Source: the human T2T-CHM13v2.0 reference genome, Homo sapiens
DNA length: 64,000 bases
NCBI RefSeq assembly: GCF_009914755.1
Contig: NC_060925.1
Direction: 5' to 3' (one strand)
Of the stretch, positions 29,743-43,799 are shown one piece after another. Position 1 is the first letter of the stretch; each line of letters starts with the position of its first letter. The position numbers and the translations under genes were made by a program. The notes under the pieces were generated by a model. That model did no database searches and was not told where the DNA came from. It saw nothing but the letters and a program-made list of their open reading frames with translations.

Positions 29743-30922
29743 GATACTGCACACATGGAAAGTTTTTCTCCCTAGTTCACTAGCTCCCCATCAACCTTCC
29801 ACCCCATTCCCACCCAATCCCACATTTCTCCATGACCAAAAATATCATATCAGTAAGGAAGATGTGGGCTTCTTGTCTGGCCAAGCCTCTTTTGCATACT
29901 TATTCTTCTTGGGTTCATTTACAGTTTCAGGGTTATGGACTGCAAGGTTTGGTGCAGGGTTCGTGTTCACTGCTGCTGGCACAATGGGAGTCAAGTCCAC
30001 AACAGGGGCAAGGTTTGGATATGGCATAAACAAGCCACCAATGAGTGCTGTCTTGTGGAAACTGGGAGCCTGCTTCACTGTGTGTAGGGCACAGGCCCCC
30101 GTAGAGTCCTCCCCTGAAGGCAAAGTTCTGCATGCGCCTTCTCCCTGATTCCTCCAGGCCCAAGGAGCCAGGGCCCTCCCCCAGCTTCTTCTTGACTGGG
30201 ACCACTGCAGTTTGCACTATGTTCCTGAATCGACAAACTGAGGGATCCACATTCTCTGAGTTGATGATCTCATCATCCTCACTGAATGTCACCCGGGAGT
30301 TCTTCCTCTTCCTCTTTGGTCTTGGAATGTTAGATTTCCCTCCTCAATGGTAAAGGTGGAAATCCACTTGTTGTGGGCAGTGTTGAACTATGTCAGGTTA
30401 TCAAGCTTAGTTTCCTCCTCTGGAAGCCCCAGTAAGCCCCTGAGTTAATCATCCTCTTCACCCGTCTTCTCAATTCCTTTCAGAGCCAATGGCAATGGCC
30501 CAAGTATCTCGCGCAAGGTGTATGCCCCTGTGGATGCGTCAAATGAGACCCTGGAATCAGTCGGAATTTGCTGAGGCTTGTGAGGCTCCAACTGAATGTG
30601 ACCAAGAAAGTGCTGTGTGTACTGTTGAGATCTATCAGGAAAACTCTCCTCAGATGCTTGTGGTAGGCAAGTGCAGTATGGATCCAAGAGCAAGACTGGT
30701 GTTCAGTGGTAAAGTCACACAAATCAAGGTTTATCCCAAATAAGTAATACTTCTTTTCACCAATAATCAGTTTCTCAATTAGTTTGTCTCGTTTAACTAA
30801 ATCCAGATGTCAACCAGAAGGGGGCTTACCTGCCCAGGTTGGGCAGTGGAGCAGCGGGAGGCTGGAGCCAGAGTCTGTGACTGCCACCATCTTGCATCTT
30901 CCCCTCCCATTTGGTAGGCCCA
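29743..30922 (-). pseudogene. PPP1R8P1: PPP1R8 (NIPP1) processed pseudogene
   Basis: Intronless copy with a short 5'UTR and ATG at 30890. It retains the FHA-region CDFT.EHQSCS.IH.AL.YHKHL.RVFLIDLNSTH, the RVTFSEDDEII motif and the C-terminus ...KYAKEAWPDKKPTSSLLI*. Premature TGA at codon 27 (30810-30812) and frameshifts; only ~100 nt of 3'UTR. Symbol recalled, not checked. Confidence 0.92.
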
Positions 30923-30939
30923 AAGGAAAAAATTAAAAA

Positions 30940-32760
30940 TTAATCAGTGTACAAAAATTAGTTACATTTCTATTAACCAGTAACCTTCAGAGAGCCAAAT
31001 TAAGAATTCAATCCCATTTTCAATAGCCACACACACAGAAATATACCTAAGAATACATTTAACCAAGGAGGTGAAAGAATTCTACAAGGAGAAATACAAA
31101 ACACTGTTGAAATTGTAAGTGACACAAACAAATGGAAAAACATCCCATGCTCATGGTGCATTAGGATCAGTTATGTTAAAATGACCATACTACCCAAAGC
31201 AATCTACAGATTCAACACAATTCCTATCCAATTACCAACATCATTTTTTAAAGAATTAGAAAAAATAATCCTAAAGTTCATATGAAACAAAAAAAAAAAA
31301 AAAGAAAAAGCCTGAATAGCTAAAGCAATCCTAAGTAAAAAGGACAAATCTGGAAGCATCACATTATATAGCTTTAACTTATATTACAAAACTATAGTAA
31401 CTAAAACAGCATGGTACTAGAAGAAAAACAGACACATAATCAATGGAATAGAATAGATAACCCAGAAATAAAGCCACATACCCACAATTAACTAATGTTG
31501 ACAAAAACAAACAATGGGGAAAGGACACCTTATTCAATGAATAGCGCTGGGAGAATTAGCTAGCCATATGCAAAATTAAACTCGGACCCTTATCTCTCAC
31601 CATACACAGTAATTAATTCATGATATATTAAAGACTTAAATGTAAGACCTGAAACTATAAAAAGCCTGGAAGAAAACCTAGGGAAAAACTCTACTGAATA
31701 TTGGCCTAGACAAACAACTTACGACAAAAACCCCAAAAGCAAATGCAACAAAAACAAAAATAGACAAATAGGACTTAAACTATAAAGGTTCTGTACAACA
31801 AAATATATAATCAACATAGTAAACAGACAACTTACATAGTAGGAGAAAATATTTGCAAACTATGTCTTTGACAAAGGACTAGAATCCACAAGTAACTCAA
31901 ACAACTCCCACACACACTAAAAAAAGAAAAACCAATAAAAAACCAGGCAAAGGACCTGAACAGTCATTCCTCAAAAGAAGAAATAAAAGCGGCTAACAAA
32001 CACACAAAAAAATGCTCAACATCACTAATCATCAGAGAAATGCAAATTAAAACCACAATGAGATATCATCTCACATGCATCAGAATGGCTACTACGAAAA
32101 AGTCAAAAAACAGCAGATGCTGGCATGAATGTGGAGAAAAGGGAATGCTTACACACTGTTCTTGGAAATGAAAATAATTCAACTTCTATGGAAAACAGTA
32201 TGGTGACATGTTAAAGAATTAAAAATAGAATTACAATTTGAGCCAATAATCCCACTGGTGGGTATTTACCCAAAGGAAAATAAATAATTACATTAAAAAG
32301 GCATCTGTATTCATATATTCATTGCAGCACTGTTGATAATAACCAAGTCATGGAACTTGGGCAAAGAAAATGTGATGTATATATATACACCATGGAACAC
32401 TATACAGCCATAAAAGGAATGAAATCATGTCCTTTGCAGCAACACAGATAGGCCAATGTCCTAAATGAACTAACTCAGAAACATAAAATCAAATACTGCA
32501 TGTTCTCGTTTATAAGTGGAAGATAAACAATAGGTGCACTGGACACAAAGATGAAAAGAATAGACATTGGAGACTCCAAAAATGGTGGGGAGAAGAGGGC
32601 AAATATGGGTTGAAACATTATCTATTCTGCACAATGTTCACTATTTGGGTGATGTGGGTGATAATTACACTAGAACCACAATTTCCACATTACACCATAT
32701 ATCCATGTAACAAACATAGAATGTACCTCCTGAGTCTAAAATTTTAAAAAGTTTTTTAAA
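30940..32760 (+). mobile_element. L1PB3/4-like ORF2 3' part and 3'UTR
   Basis: gagagccaaattaagaattcaatccc ORF2 signature; 3'UTR ...aatgttcactatttgggtgatg...atatatccatgtaacaaac. Confidence 0.8.
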
Positions 32761-32764
32761 AACT

Positions 32765-33550
32765 CGATAAAAAGACAACCACATTTTTAAATCAGAAAAT
32801 AATTTGAATATATATTTCTCCAAAGAAGATATACAAATTACCAATAAGTACATGAAATAATGCTCAAGATCATTAGTCAGAAGGGAAATGTACATCAAAA
32901 CCCCAATAAGACACCACTTCATGCACACTAGGATGGCTATAATCAGAAAAGATAGCTAATAAAAAAGTTCAGCAAGGATGCCAGGTGAAAAGGCAAAATG
33001 GTAAGCCATTATAAATAATAGTTTGGCAATTCCTCAAAATGGTCAAAATAGATTTATCGCATAAATGTTGACAGTATTATTATTTTTTAGCAGCCAAAAA
33101 GTGGCAACAACCCAAACTAAATGATCCATCCATCAACTGATGAATGGATAAAAAAAAGTGTCATTATCTATACAATGTAATACCATCCAGCCATATAAAA
33201 AAGAATAAAGTGACATGTACTACAACCTGGGCAAGCCTTTAATATATTATATTAAGTATAAGAGGCCAGTCACAAAGACCATATATCATATGATTCAATT
33301 TATATGAAATGTGCAGAACGGGCATCTACAGGAATTGGACTTGTTGCTGCTTAGGAGTGGAGGAGAAATGAGGAGGGGGAGAATGGTACTTCACTCCCAA
33401 TGGTTACAAAATATCTTCTCTGTGGGGTGATGAAATGTTTTGAAATTAGATGTGATTTTTTTGAGTATAGTAAAAGCCATTGAACTGTGTACTTAAAATG
33501 TGTGAATTGTATAGTAGGTGAATTATATCTTAACAAAGCTTTTTTAAAAT
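32765..33550 (+). mobile_element. L1MB-like host element, segment 3 (3' end)
   Basis: Resumes host L1 ORF2 and ends ...gtgaattatatcttaacaaagct, like 1-500. Confidence 0.8.
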
Positions 33551-33659
33551 AAAAAGCCTTTAGAATTGAGTAATAAGTGACATTATTAGTTTTCATTATC
33601 TCAAGTAGATACATCTATTTTACAGATAAAAGAGGGTAAATAATTCATTAATTTTGTAC

Positions 33660-34330
33660 AGTGTTTTCTGGTAAGTATAGAAAAGATCTGAACACCATAA
33701 TAAACATGAAATACCTGTACTTACACAGAATGCTTCCCTCTATATTGTACACTTGTTAAGAGTACATATTCTTAACAAGTACATACAGAATTACAAAGAC
33801 TGACTATATGCCAGGTCTTGATGAAATATTAATACATTTCAAATAATTCAAAGTATATTCTCTAGCTGAGAAGAAATTAAAGTAGCTGTCAATAAGCAAA
33901 GGTGAGAGAATAACGAACTAAGAGAAAATTAAGAAATACATTTCTAAATTACCACAGAGCCAATGAAGAAATCACAATAGAAATTAGAATATATTTTGAA
34001 GTGAATAATACAAATACAACATAAAATTATTAGATGCATCTAAAGCAGTGGCGTAGAGGGAAAATTACATTCTTAAATGTATAGATTAGAAATGGCTTAA
34101 AATCAATAACATAAGCCTCTACTTTAAAGGACTAGAAGAAAAAGTAGAACATAAAACTTTCAGCATAAGTTAATGTAACAGAAAAAGACTTGTACCAGAC
34201 ATGTAAAAGCGACACAAACTGTTATTCAAAAAGAATAATAAAATGAACAAATTCTTAAAACATAGGGGGACAAATTAAACTCGAATTACTATTATCATGA
34301 TTGAAAAGGGAGATACTTATATGCTTATAA
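33660..34330 (+). mobile_element. Old L1ME-like ORF2 fragment (continues at ~41580-43020)
   Basis: Highly diverged ORF2-like A-rich sequence on both sides of the L1PA13-15 element. Confidence 0.55.
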
Positions 34331-34934
34331 ATTCTATACTTGTGTTTAAAAGTGGGCGGGGCCAATATGGCAGACTAGAAGCAGCTTGTGTGTGTCACTG
34401 TCATGGAAAGGAAACAAAAGGGCTGATGAACACAGATGCTGCAGGCCGCTCATATGAGAAACCACGTTGGAATCCATCAGGGCAGAGGAACACAGAGAGC
34501 ACAAAGGAGTAAAGTTGGGCACCGCCCATCTGAGCTCAGCGCAGAACCAGGAGGACCCCTCCAACACTGGAAAGGGTGAGTGACAGTCCCCAGGGGAATT
34601 TACACTCTCCACAGGGACCTGTGCAAGACCAGGAACAGGAGAATCACCCCGTCACCCATCCTGCACCTTCCTCCACAATACTTCTAGACTGAGGCAGAGA
34701 GCCACCTGGACATTTTGCAGGGGGAACTTCTGAGTCCAAGAGGACTGCCACAAGCCTTGGGCCCTGGAGCAGACCAGCACCAGTACCACAAACCCAATAG
34801 AGGCTGCAGTCAGCTACGGTGCCAGGGAGCAGTAACATTGCTCCACCACTGCATGCCAGCCAGGCCTCAGCAGCAACTTCCAGCCCAGCAGCCGTACTTT
34901 GGTTCAAACTTGGTCAGCCAATCCTCCCACCCCC

Positions 34935-35625
34935 ACCACTGGTAGCCAGCTGGACAATGCTTACTAGAGTGTCCAGCCCAGAGGTCCCACTTTTGTGTGA
35001 ATTCAGCTGGAGGGTGTAGCCTCCTGTTGTCACATGAAACATCCAGACCACAGAGCATGAGACCCCAACAGCCCTAGTCACTGGTAGCCAGGCAGGTGAC
35101 GCCTGCTAGAGCCTCTGGCCCAGTGGCTCCACTGCTGTGTGAGGTCAGCTGGAGGGTGCGGCTTCCAGTTATCACAGGAAATATCTGGATGGCAGAGCAA
35201 GAGATCCCAGCTACCACCACCACTAGTATCCAGGTAGGCAACAACTGCTAGAGCTTCTAGCCCAGCAGCCTTGCTTCTGTGTGAGCCTGGCTGGAGGGTG
35301 CAGCCTCCTGTTGTTCTGAGAAATGCCTGAATGGCAGTGTGCATGGCCCTATAACCCCTGCCAATCATAGCCAGGCAGGCAACACCTGCTAGGCTTTCCA
35401 GCCAAGTGGCCCTACGTTTGCCTGAATGTGTTGAGGGGCACAGCCTCCTGCTGCCCTGAAAAAGCCTGAAAGGCAGGGCTGGAAACCCCACCAATCCCTA
35501 GCTACCCATAGCCAGACAGGCAATACCCAGTAAGAGTTTCCAACCCAAAAGTCCCACATCCACCTGAACTCTGTGAGTAGACACAACCCCATCTTTCTCC
35601 CAGGAAGCACACAAACAGCAGACTA
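34935..35625 (+). repeat. Diverged ~141-bp tandem array (~5 units) in the L1 5'UTR
   Basis: gctggagggtg at 35006, 35148 and 35290 (period 142); degenerate units near 35430 and 35570. Confidence 0.85.
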
Positions 35626-37763
35626 TGGGCAAGGACACAGCTAGCTGGCCAACTGAAGGCCCAGCCTGAGGGAGCTCCATGGACCACAACCCCCAACAAA
35701 AGAAATGCAGAGAGGAAGACAGTAATTGCAGAGGGGGCTCCTCCAAGACCCAGTAGTAGACTAGAATAGAAGGCAGTCAACCAAACCCACCTTATACCAT
35801 AATCAAACCCCCAAGGGCATTAAAGAAGAAAAAAGCAAAACAATCCGTTCAAAGGACAGCAAATTCAAAGACTGAAAGAACGTAAGACCACAAAGATGAT
35901 AAACAGAAGAACTCTGACAACCCAAAAAGCCAGAGTGCCTTCTTTTCTCCAAACAACCACACTAACTCTCCAGCAAGGGTTCTTAACTGAGCTGAGATGG
36001 CTGAAATGACAGAAATAGAATTCAGAATATGAATAGAAATGAAGATCGTCGAGATTCAGGAGACTGCTGAAACCCAATGCAAGGAAGCTAATAATCACAG
36101 TAATCACAGGAGCTGACAGAAAAAATAGCCAGTATACAGAATATAACCAACCTGAAACAGCAAAAAGAAAAAAAAAAAACCTACAAAAATTTCATATATC
36201 ACAAGTATTAACAGCAGACCAAGCTGATGAAAGAATCTAAGGGCTTGAAGACTGGCTTTCTCAAATACAACAGTCAGACAAGAATAAAGAAAAAAGAATT
36301 GAAAAGGAATGAACAGAACCTCCTGGAAATATGGGATTATGTAAAGATGCCCAATCTACAAGTCACTGGCATCCCTGAAAGACATGAGGAGAAAGGAAGC
36401 AACCTGGAAAACATATTTCACAGTATCGTCCATGAGAACTTCCCCATTCTAGCTAGAGAGGCCGATATTCAAATTCAGGAAATGCAAAGAATTCCTGCAA
36501 GATATTTCACAAGATCATCCCCAAGACATAATCATCTGACACTCCAAGGTTGAAATGAAAGAAAAAATGATAAAGGCAGCTAGAGAATAAAGGGGAGGTC
36601 ACTCACTAGGGGAACCCTATCAGACTGACAGAGGACCTCTCAACATAAACCCTACAAACCAGAAGAGACTGGGGACCTGTATTCAACAGTCGTAAAGAAA
36701 AAAATTCCAACCATGAATTTCATATCCAGTCAAACTAAGCATCATAAATGAAGGAGAAATATGATCATTTTCAATTTGATCCTATTCAAATGCTGAGGGA
36801 ATTTGTTAACACGAGACCTACCTTACAAGAGCTCATGAAAGAAGTATGAAATATGGAAAGGAAAGACCATTACCAGGCACTACAAAAACGCATGTAAGTA
36901 CACACACCAGTGACACTTATAAAGCCACCACACAAACAAGTCTAGCATAACAACCACTTAACAACATGATAGCAGGATCAAATCCATACATATCAATAAG
37001 AAACTTGAATGTAAATGGGTTAGGTGCCCCAATTAAAACGCACAAAGTGGCTGCCAGCTGGATAAAGAAACAGGACCCAATAGTATGCTGTCTTCAAGAG
37101 ACCCATCTCACATGCAATGTCATCAACAGGCTTAAAATAAAGGGATGATGAAATATCTACCAAGCAAATGGAAAACTGAAAAAGGCAGAGTATGCCATCC
37201 TAATTTCAGATAAAAGAGAATTTAAACCAACAAACATCAAAGAAGACAAAGAAGGGCATTACATATTGATAAAGGGCTTAATTCAACAAGAAGACCTAAA
37301 TTAATGTGTACCCAAAACAAGAGCACCCAGATTCATAAAGCAAATACTTACAGACCTTCAAAGAGACTTAGACTCCCACAGAATAATAGTGGAGACTTCA
37401 ATACCCTGCTGACAGTATTAGACAGATAACTGAGTCAGAAAATTAACGAAGAGATGCAGGACCTGAACTCAACACTTGACGAAATGGAGCTAGTAGACAG
37501 CTACATAACTTTCCACCCCAAAGCAACAGAATATACATTCTTTTCATCGCCACATGGTACACACTGTAAGATCAGCCATGCAATAAGACATAAGACAATC
37601 TTCAACAAATTCAAAAACAGCAAAACCATACCACCACACTCTTGGACCACAGTACAATAAAAATAGAAATCAAAGCCAAGAGAATCGCTCAAAACCATAC
37701 AATTACATGGAAATTAAACAACCTGCTCCAGAATAACTCAGGTTAATTATCAAATTAAGGCAG

Positions 37764-38331
37764 TGTGATGGTTAATGTTAAGTGTCAACTTGACTAGACT
37801 GAAGGATGCAGAGTATTGTGTCTGGGTGTATCTGGCTGTTACCAGAAGAGATTAACATTTGAGTAGGTGGACTGGGAGAAGGAGACCCATCCTCAAGAAG
37901 ACTCACCAACAATGTGGGTGAGCACCATCCAATCATCTACCAGTGCGGCTAGGAAAACCAGGCAGATGAAGGTAGAAGAAGCTGATTTGCTGAGTCTTCC
38001 AGCCTTCATCTTTCTCCCATGCTGCATGCTTCCTGTCCTCAAACATCAGACTCGAAGTTCTTTGGCTTTTGGACTCTTGGATATACACCAGTGGTTTGTC
38101 ATGGGGTCTTGGGCCTTTGGCCACAGACTGAAGGCTGCACTGTTGGCTTCCCTACTTTTGAGATTTTGGGACTCAGAATGAGCCACTACTGGCTTCCTTG
38201 CTCCTCAACTTGCAGACAGTCTATCATGAGACACCTTGTAATCATGTGAGTCAACTCTCCTTCATAAACTCTCTTTCATGTATACATATATCCTATTAGT
38301 TCTGTCCCTCTAGAGAACCCTGACTAATACA
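37764..38331 (+). mobile_element. MLT2A (probably MLT2A2) HERV-L solo LTR
   Basis: tgtgatggttaat...ctctagagaaccctgactaataca; 5-bp TSD ggcag/gtcag; L1 ORF2 is colinear across it. Confidence 0.92.
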
Positions 38332-41300
38332 GTCAGGAATTAAGAAGTTCTTTGAAACTAATGAGAACAAAGACATAGCATATCAGAATCTCTGGGACAA
38401 AGCTGAGGCAGTGTTAAGAGGGAAATTTATAGCATTAAATACCTGCATCAAAAAGTTAGAAAGATCTCAAACCACGTAACATCACAACTAGAAGAGCTAG
38501 AGAAACAAGAGCAAACAAACTCTAAAGCTAGCAGAAAACAAAGAATAACCGAAATCAGAGCTGAACTGATGGAAACAGAGACATAAAAAAACATACAAAA
38601 GATAAACAAATCTAGGAATTGGTTTCTTGAAAAAATTAATAAGATAGTCAGCTAGACAAACAAGAAAAGAGAGCATATCCAAATAAACACTATAATAAAT
38701 GACAAAGGGAATATTACTACTATTCCATAGAAATACCAATAACCATCAGAGATTACTATGAACACCTCTATGCACACAGACTAGAAAATCTAGAAGAAAT
38801 GGATAAATTCCTGGACATATACATCCTTCCAAGACTAAACATGGAAGAAATTGAATCTGTGAACAGACCAATAACAAGCTTTGAAACTGAATCAGCAATC
38901 GATAGCCGACCAACCAATAAAAGCCAAGAATCAGGTAGATTCACAGCCAAATTCTACCAGATGTTCAAAGAAGAGCTGGTACCATTCTTACTAAAACTAT
39001 TCCCCAAAATTGAGGAGGAGCTACTCCTCCTCAACTCATTCAATGAGGCCAGCACCATCCTGATACCAAAACCTGGAAGAGACACAACAAAAAAAAAAGA
39101 AAACTTCCACCCAATATCCTTGATGAACATAGATGCAAAAATCCTCAACCAAATACTAGCAAACTGAATCCAGTAGCAAATCAAAAAGCTTAGCCACCAC
39201 AATCAAGTAGACTTTAATCCCTGGGATGCAAGGTTAGTTCAACATATGCAAATCAATAAATGTGACTCATCACATAAACAGAACTAAAAACAAAAACCAT
39301 ATGATTATATCAATGAATACAGAAAAGGCTTTTGATAAAATTCAACAATCCTTCATGTTAAAACCCTAAAGAAACTTGGCATTGAAGGAATATAGTTCAA
39401 AACAGTAAGAGCCATCAATGACAAACCCACAGCTAACATCACACTGAACGGGCAAAAGCTGCAAGCATTCCACTTGAAAATCGGCATAAGACAAGGATGC
39501 CCTCTCTCACCACTCCTATTCAACATAGTATTTTAAGTCCTGGCCAGGGCAATCAGACAAGAGAGAGAAGCAAAAGGCATCCAAATAAGAAAAGAAGTAG
39601 TAAAACTATCCCTGTGTGTATATGACATGATTTTGTATTTTAAAAACCCCATGGTCTTGGCCCCAAAGCTCCTTGAACTGATAAGCAACTTGAGTAAAGC
39701 TTTGGGATACAAAATCAATGTACAAAAATCAGTAGCATTCCTATTCACTAACAGCACCCAAGCTAAGAGCCAAATCAGGAATGCAATACCATTCACAACT
39801 GCCACAAAAAGTATAAAATACCTACAAGTATGGCTAAGCAGGGAGGTGAAATATCTCTAGAATGACAATTACAAAACTGCTCAAAAAAATCAGAGATGAC
39901 ACCAAAAAATGGAAGAAAATTCCATGCTCATGGATAGGAAGAATAAATATCATTAAAATGACCATACTGCTCAATGCAATTTACAGATTCAATGCTATTC
40001 CTATCAAACTACCAATGAAAATTTTCAAATAATTAGAAAAAACTATTCTAAAATTCATATGGAACAAAAAAAGAACCTGAAAAGCCAAGGCAATCCTAGG
40101 CAAAAAAAAAAAGAAAAAAAAGCTGGAGGAATCACATTGCCTGACCTCAAACCATACTACAAGGCTAGAGTAACCAAAATACCATGGTACTCATACAAAA
40201 GTAGACACATAGGCCAATAGAACAGAAGAGAGAGCCAAGAAATAAAGCCACTCACCTACAGCCATCTGATCTTTGACAAAGCTGACAACAACAAGCAATG
40301 GGGAAAGGACTCCCTACTCAATAAATAGTGCTGGAATAACTGGCTAGCTGAAGATTGAAACTGGACCACTTCCTTAAAACATATGCAAAAATCAACATAA
40401 GATTGATTAAAGACCTAAATGTAAACCCTGTAACTGTAAAAACTCTGGAAGATAACCTAGGCAATACCATTTTTGACATAGGAATAGGCAAAGATCTCAT
40501 GACAGAAAATGTCCAAAGCAATTGCAACAAAAGCAAAAATGACAAATGGCGCCTAATTAAATGAAAGAGGTTTTGCACAGCAAAAGAAACTATTAACAAA
40601 GTAAACAGACAACTTACAGAATGGAAGAAACATATCTGTAAACGATACATATGACAAAGATCTAACATCTAGAATCTACAGGGAACTTAAACACATAAGC
40701 AAAAAATGAACAATCCCATTAAAAAGTGGGCAAAGGACATGAACAGACACTTTTGAAAAGAAGGCATACAATGCACCAAAAAGCATATGAAAAAATGTAC
40801 AATATCACTAATCATTAGAGAAATTCAAATACAAACAACAATAAGATAGCATCACACATCAGTCAGAATGGCTATCGTTAAAAAGTCAAAAAATAACAGA
40901 TGTTGGTGAGACTGCAGACAAAAGGAATGCCTATACACTGCTGGCTGGAGTGTAAATTAGTTCAACCATTGTGAAAGACAGTATGGTGACTTCTCAAAAA
41001 CCTAAAACAGAACTACCATTCAACCCAGCAATCCCATGCCTGGGTATATATTCAAATGAATATAAACTGTTCTACAACAAAGATACATGCATGTGTATAT
41101 TCACTGCAGCACCATTCACAATAGCAAAGACATGTAATCAATCTAACTGCCCATCAACAGTAGACTGGATAAAGAGAATGTGGTACATACATACCATGGA
41201 ATACTACGCAATCCTAAAAAAGAAAGAGATCACATCCTTTGCAGGAACATGGATGGAGCTGGAGGCCATTATCCTTAGCAAAGTAATGCAGGAACATAAA

Positions 41301-43799
41301 ACCAAATACCACATGTTCTCACCTATAAGTGAGAGCTAAATAAAGAGAATACATGAACAAAAAGAGGGCAACAACAGACAATGGGGCCTCCTCGAGGGAG
41401 GAGGATAAGAGGAGAGAGAAGTTCAAGAAAAAAAAAAGTCAAGTACTACGCTTGGTACCCCAGTGAGGAAATATTCTGTATAGCAAACCTCTGAGTCATG
41501 AATTTACCTATATAACAAATCTGTACATGTACCACTGAACCTAAAATAAAATTTCTTAAAATATTTAAGAAAAAATGCATAGGAAGATATCATGAAAATC
41601 TTCATATCATTCAGTTTGATAATATAAATGAAACAGGAAAATTCCTAATAAAACTGACCAAGTAATAGAAAACCCAAATAACTGATATTAAAGAAATTAT
41701 ATCCATTACTGAAAACTATCCCACAAAAATAGGCTTGTTCAAAACATTTAAGAAGGAAATAATTTTGCATAGAAGCTGCCTGAAAAAGGCTGGGAATATT
41801 TCCCAACCACTATTTCCTTTTTATGAGGTCAGCCAAAATCTGAGGAGAATATTACAAGAAAGGAAACTTGCAGACCAATCACTGTCATTAATTTAGATGC
41901 AAAAATCTTAGGTATAATATTAGCAAATTGAAACCAGTGATTATATTTTTAAGAAAACCATGAATAAGAGATTTGTTTCAAGAATGTGACCATGGTTTAA
42001 GACTTGAAAATCAAGTGATTTGCTATATTAAAATAAGGAGTGGTAGCAGAATAATCATCTCAGTAGATACAATGGAATAAAACCTTATATTTGTAATTTT
42101 TAAAAATAAAAAATATTAGAAAATAAGGAATTTCTGTAATCTGACAAAGAATACCCACAAGAAATCTACAAAAAGTATCATATTTAATTTCAAATTATAA
42201 AAACCTTTCATCTTTCATGTTGAATAAGACAAGAAACTGTCTATCACCACTTCTATTTGATACTATTTTAGAAACCCTAAATAACAAAACAAGAAAAATA
42301 AATAAAATGCATAAAGATTAAAGTGGGAGATTTAAAACTATCATTATTTACAGATTATATTATTATACATTAGAACACTCAAAAACTACAATCTATTAAT
42401 ATCAATGCGTGAATGTAGGTAGGTCAGTGGATTACAGATGACTAAAAGCAGGTAAATTATATTCATCATACCAAGAAAAAACAGAATTGTAAAAGGTATA
42501 ATAGCATAAAAATATCAAACATCTAGAGCTAAATCTATAGAAAGACATGCTAGACCTATGAAATGAAAACTATGTCAAATTATTGGTGGAAATTAAAGAT
42601 CTAAATTAATAGACACAATTTCATGAACTGGAAGACTGAATATTGTTAAGATGTCAGTTCTCCTCCAATCAAAGCATAGATTCAATGTAGTCTCAATCAA
42701 AAACTCAGTGGGTTCTGGCAAGCTGATGATTTTGACATACAGATGGAAATTAAAAGAACCAAGAATAGGAAAAGCAATTTTGAAGCAAGAACAAACGTGA
42801 AGGAGTTATGTCATTAGATATAAAGAGTTACTACAAACCTATAGTAAATTGAAAAACTACATTATTAGTACAAAAATAGATAATTAAACCAATAAAATAG
42901 AAGAAAATCAAGAATGACTCACATATATACAATTGCAATGGAAGAGAACAGAATCCAGGACTATCTCCGCATAAACACAGCGGAGGGGTAAAGAATAGCT
43001 TTTAAAGAAAGATGCTAGGTCATAATCATTTGACAAGCAATGCTTCTGTTGCCTGTACAAGGGTGGAGTGACAAAACGTGAGTTTTATGAGGCTTTAGAT
43101 ACACAGCCATTTTCACAATGATTGTATTTGTTGACTTATGAAGTTGCTTAGGACCAGAGGGTATAAAGCTACACCAAACACATCTGAAAAGCAAAATGCA
43201 TCTTCCTGCTATCTCACGATACTTAAGAGATAAGGATCTATCAGGGCACAGGCCCTGAAAACACAAGAACCAAAACGTTGATTGCTGAGACTATAAAGGC
43301 TTTTAACCTGGAGATACTTGAAAATCTGGGACTAGCTAGGATAAAAAATTGGGTCTTGGCAACAGATGCAAAGGCTATCTCTAAGAATCGAGAAACAGGC
43401 AAGACTTTTTTGGTGTGAGAATCACACCAGGCTATAGAGGTAAAATTGAAAACAGGAAAGGCCTCAAATATATGAAAGGTTTTTGTCAAGATATTTTCTA
43501 AATTCTCAAGCTGTGCCAGGTTGGGGGTAAAATAAGCTAATCCAAAATCTCTGAAAAGCAAACAAAACATCTCTTACAATTATATGTTACTTAAAATGTA
43601 TCACAAAGAATGACTTTAATAACATTTGAGAGTTGAAAGCCTTGAAAAGAACCGATGAGTTGACATTTGACTGCTTGCAAGCACCATTTACCCTGAGGAC
43701 ACTTGACTTCTGAGATTAGTAGAAGCTGGTCTCTGTCATAGAGCTGATACTGCTCAACATAACTGGTAATTATGCAGAGACACAGTGACAAAACCAGAG

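Larger units (their letters stand above)
34331..41575 (+). mobile_element. Near-full-length L1PA13-15-like LINE-1, inactive
   Basis: 5' gggccaatatggcagactagaagcagc, long repetitive 5'UTR, ORF1 remnant (36227-36553), ORF2 start MIAGSNPYISI at 36966, and 3'UTR ...gtaccactgaacctaaaataaa. Confidence 0.88.

Noticed and set aside
29845-30292. Functional NIPP1 C-terminal (ARD-1-like) peptide from the pseudogene
   Set aside because: The internal Met is lost (RNIVQTAVV), there is a frameshift before the C-terminus, and the listed ORFs are frame hybrids with non-ATG starts.
34935-35625. CRISPR-like array
   Set aside because: Contiguous diverged tandem units without unique spacers, inside a eukaryotic L1 5'UTR.
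43226-43420. Vague resemblance to bornavirus L protein words
   Set aside because: Only a few short matches from memory with inconsistent spacing; not supportable without a search.
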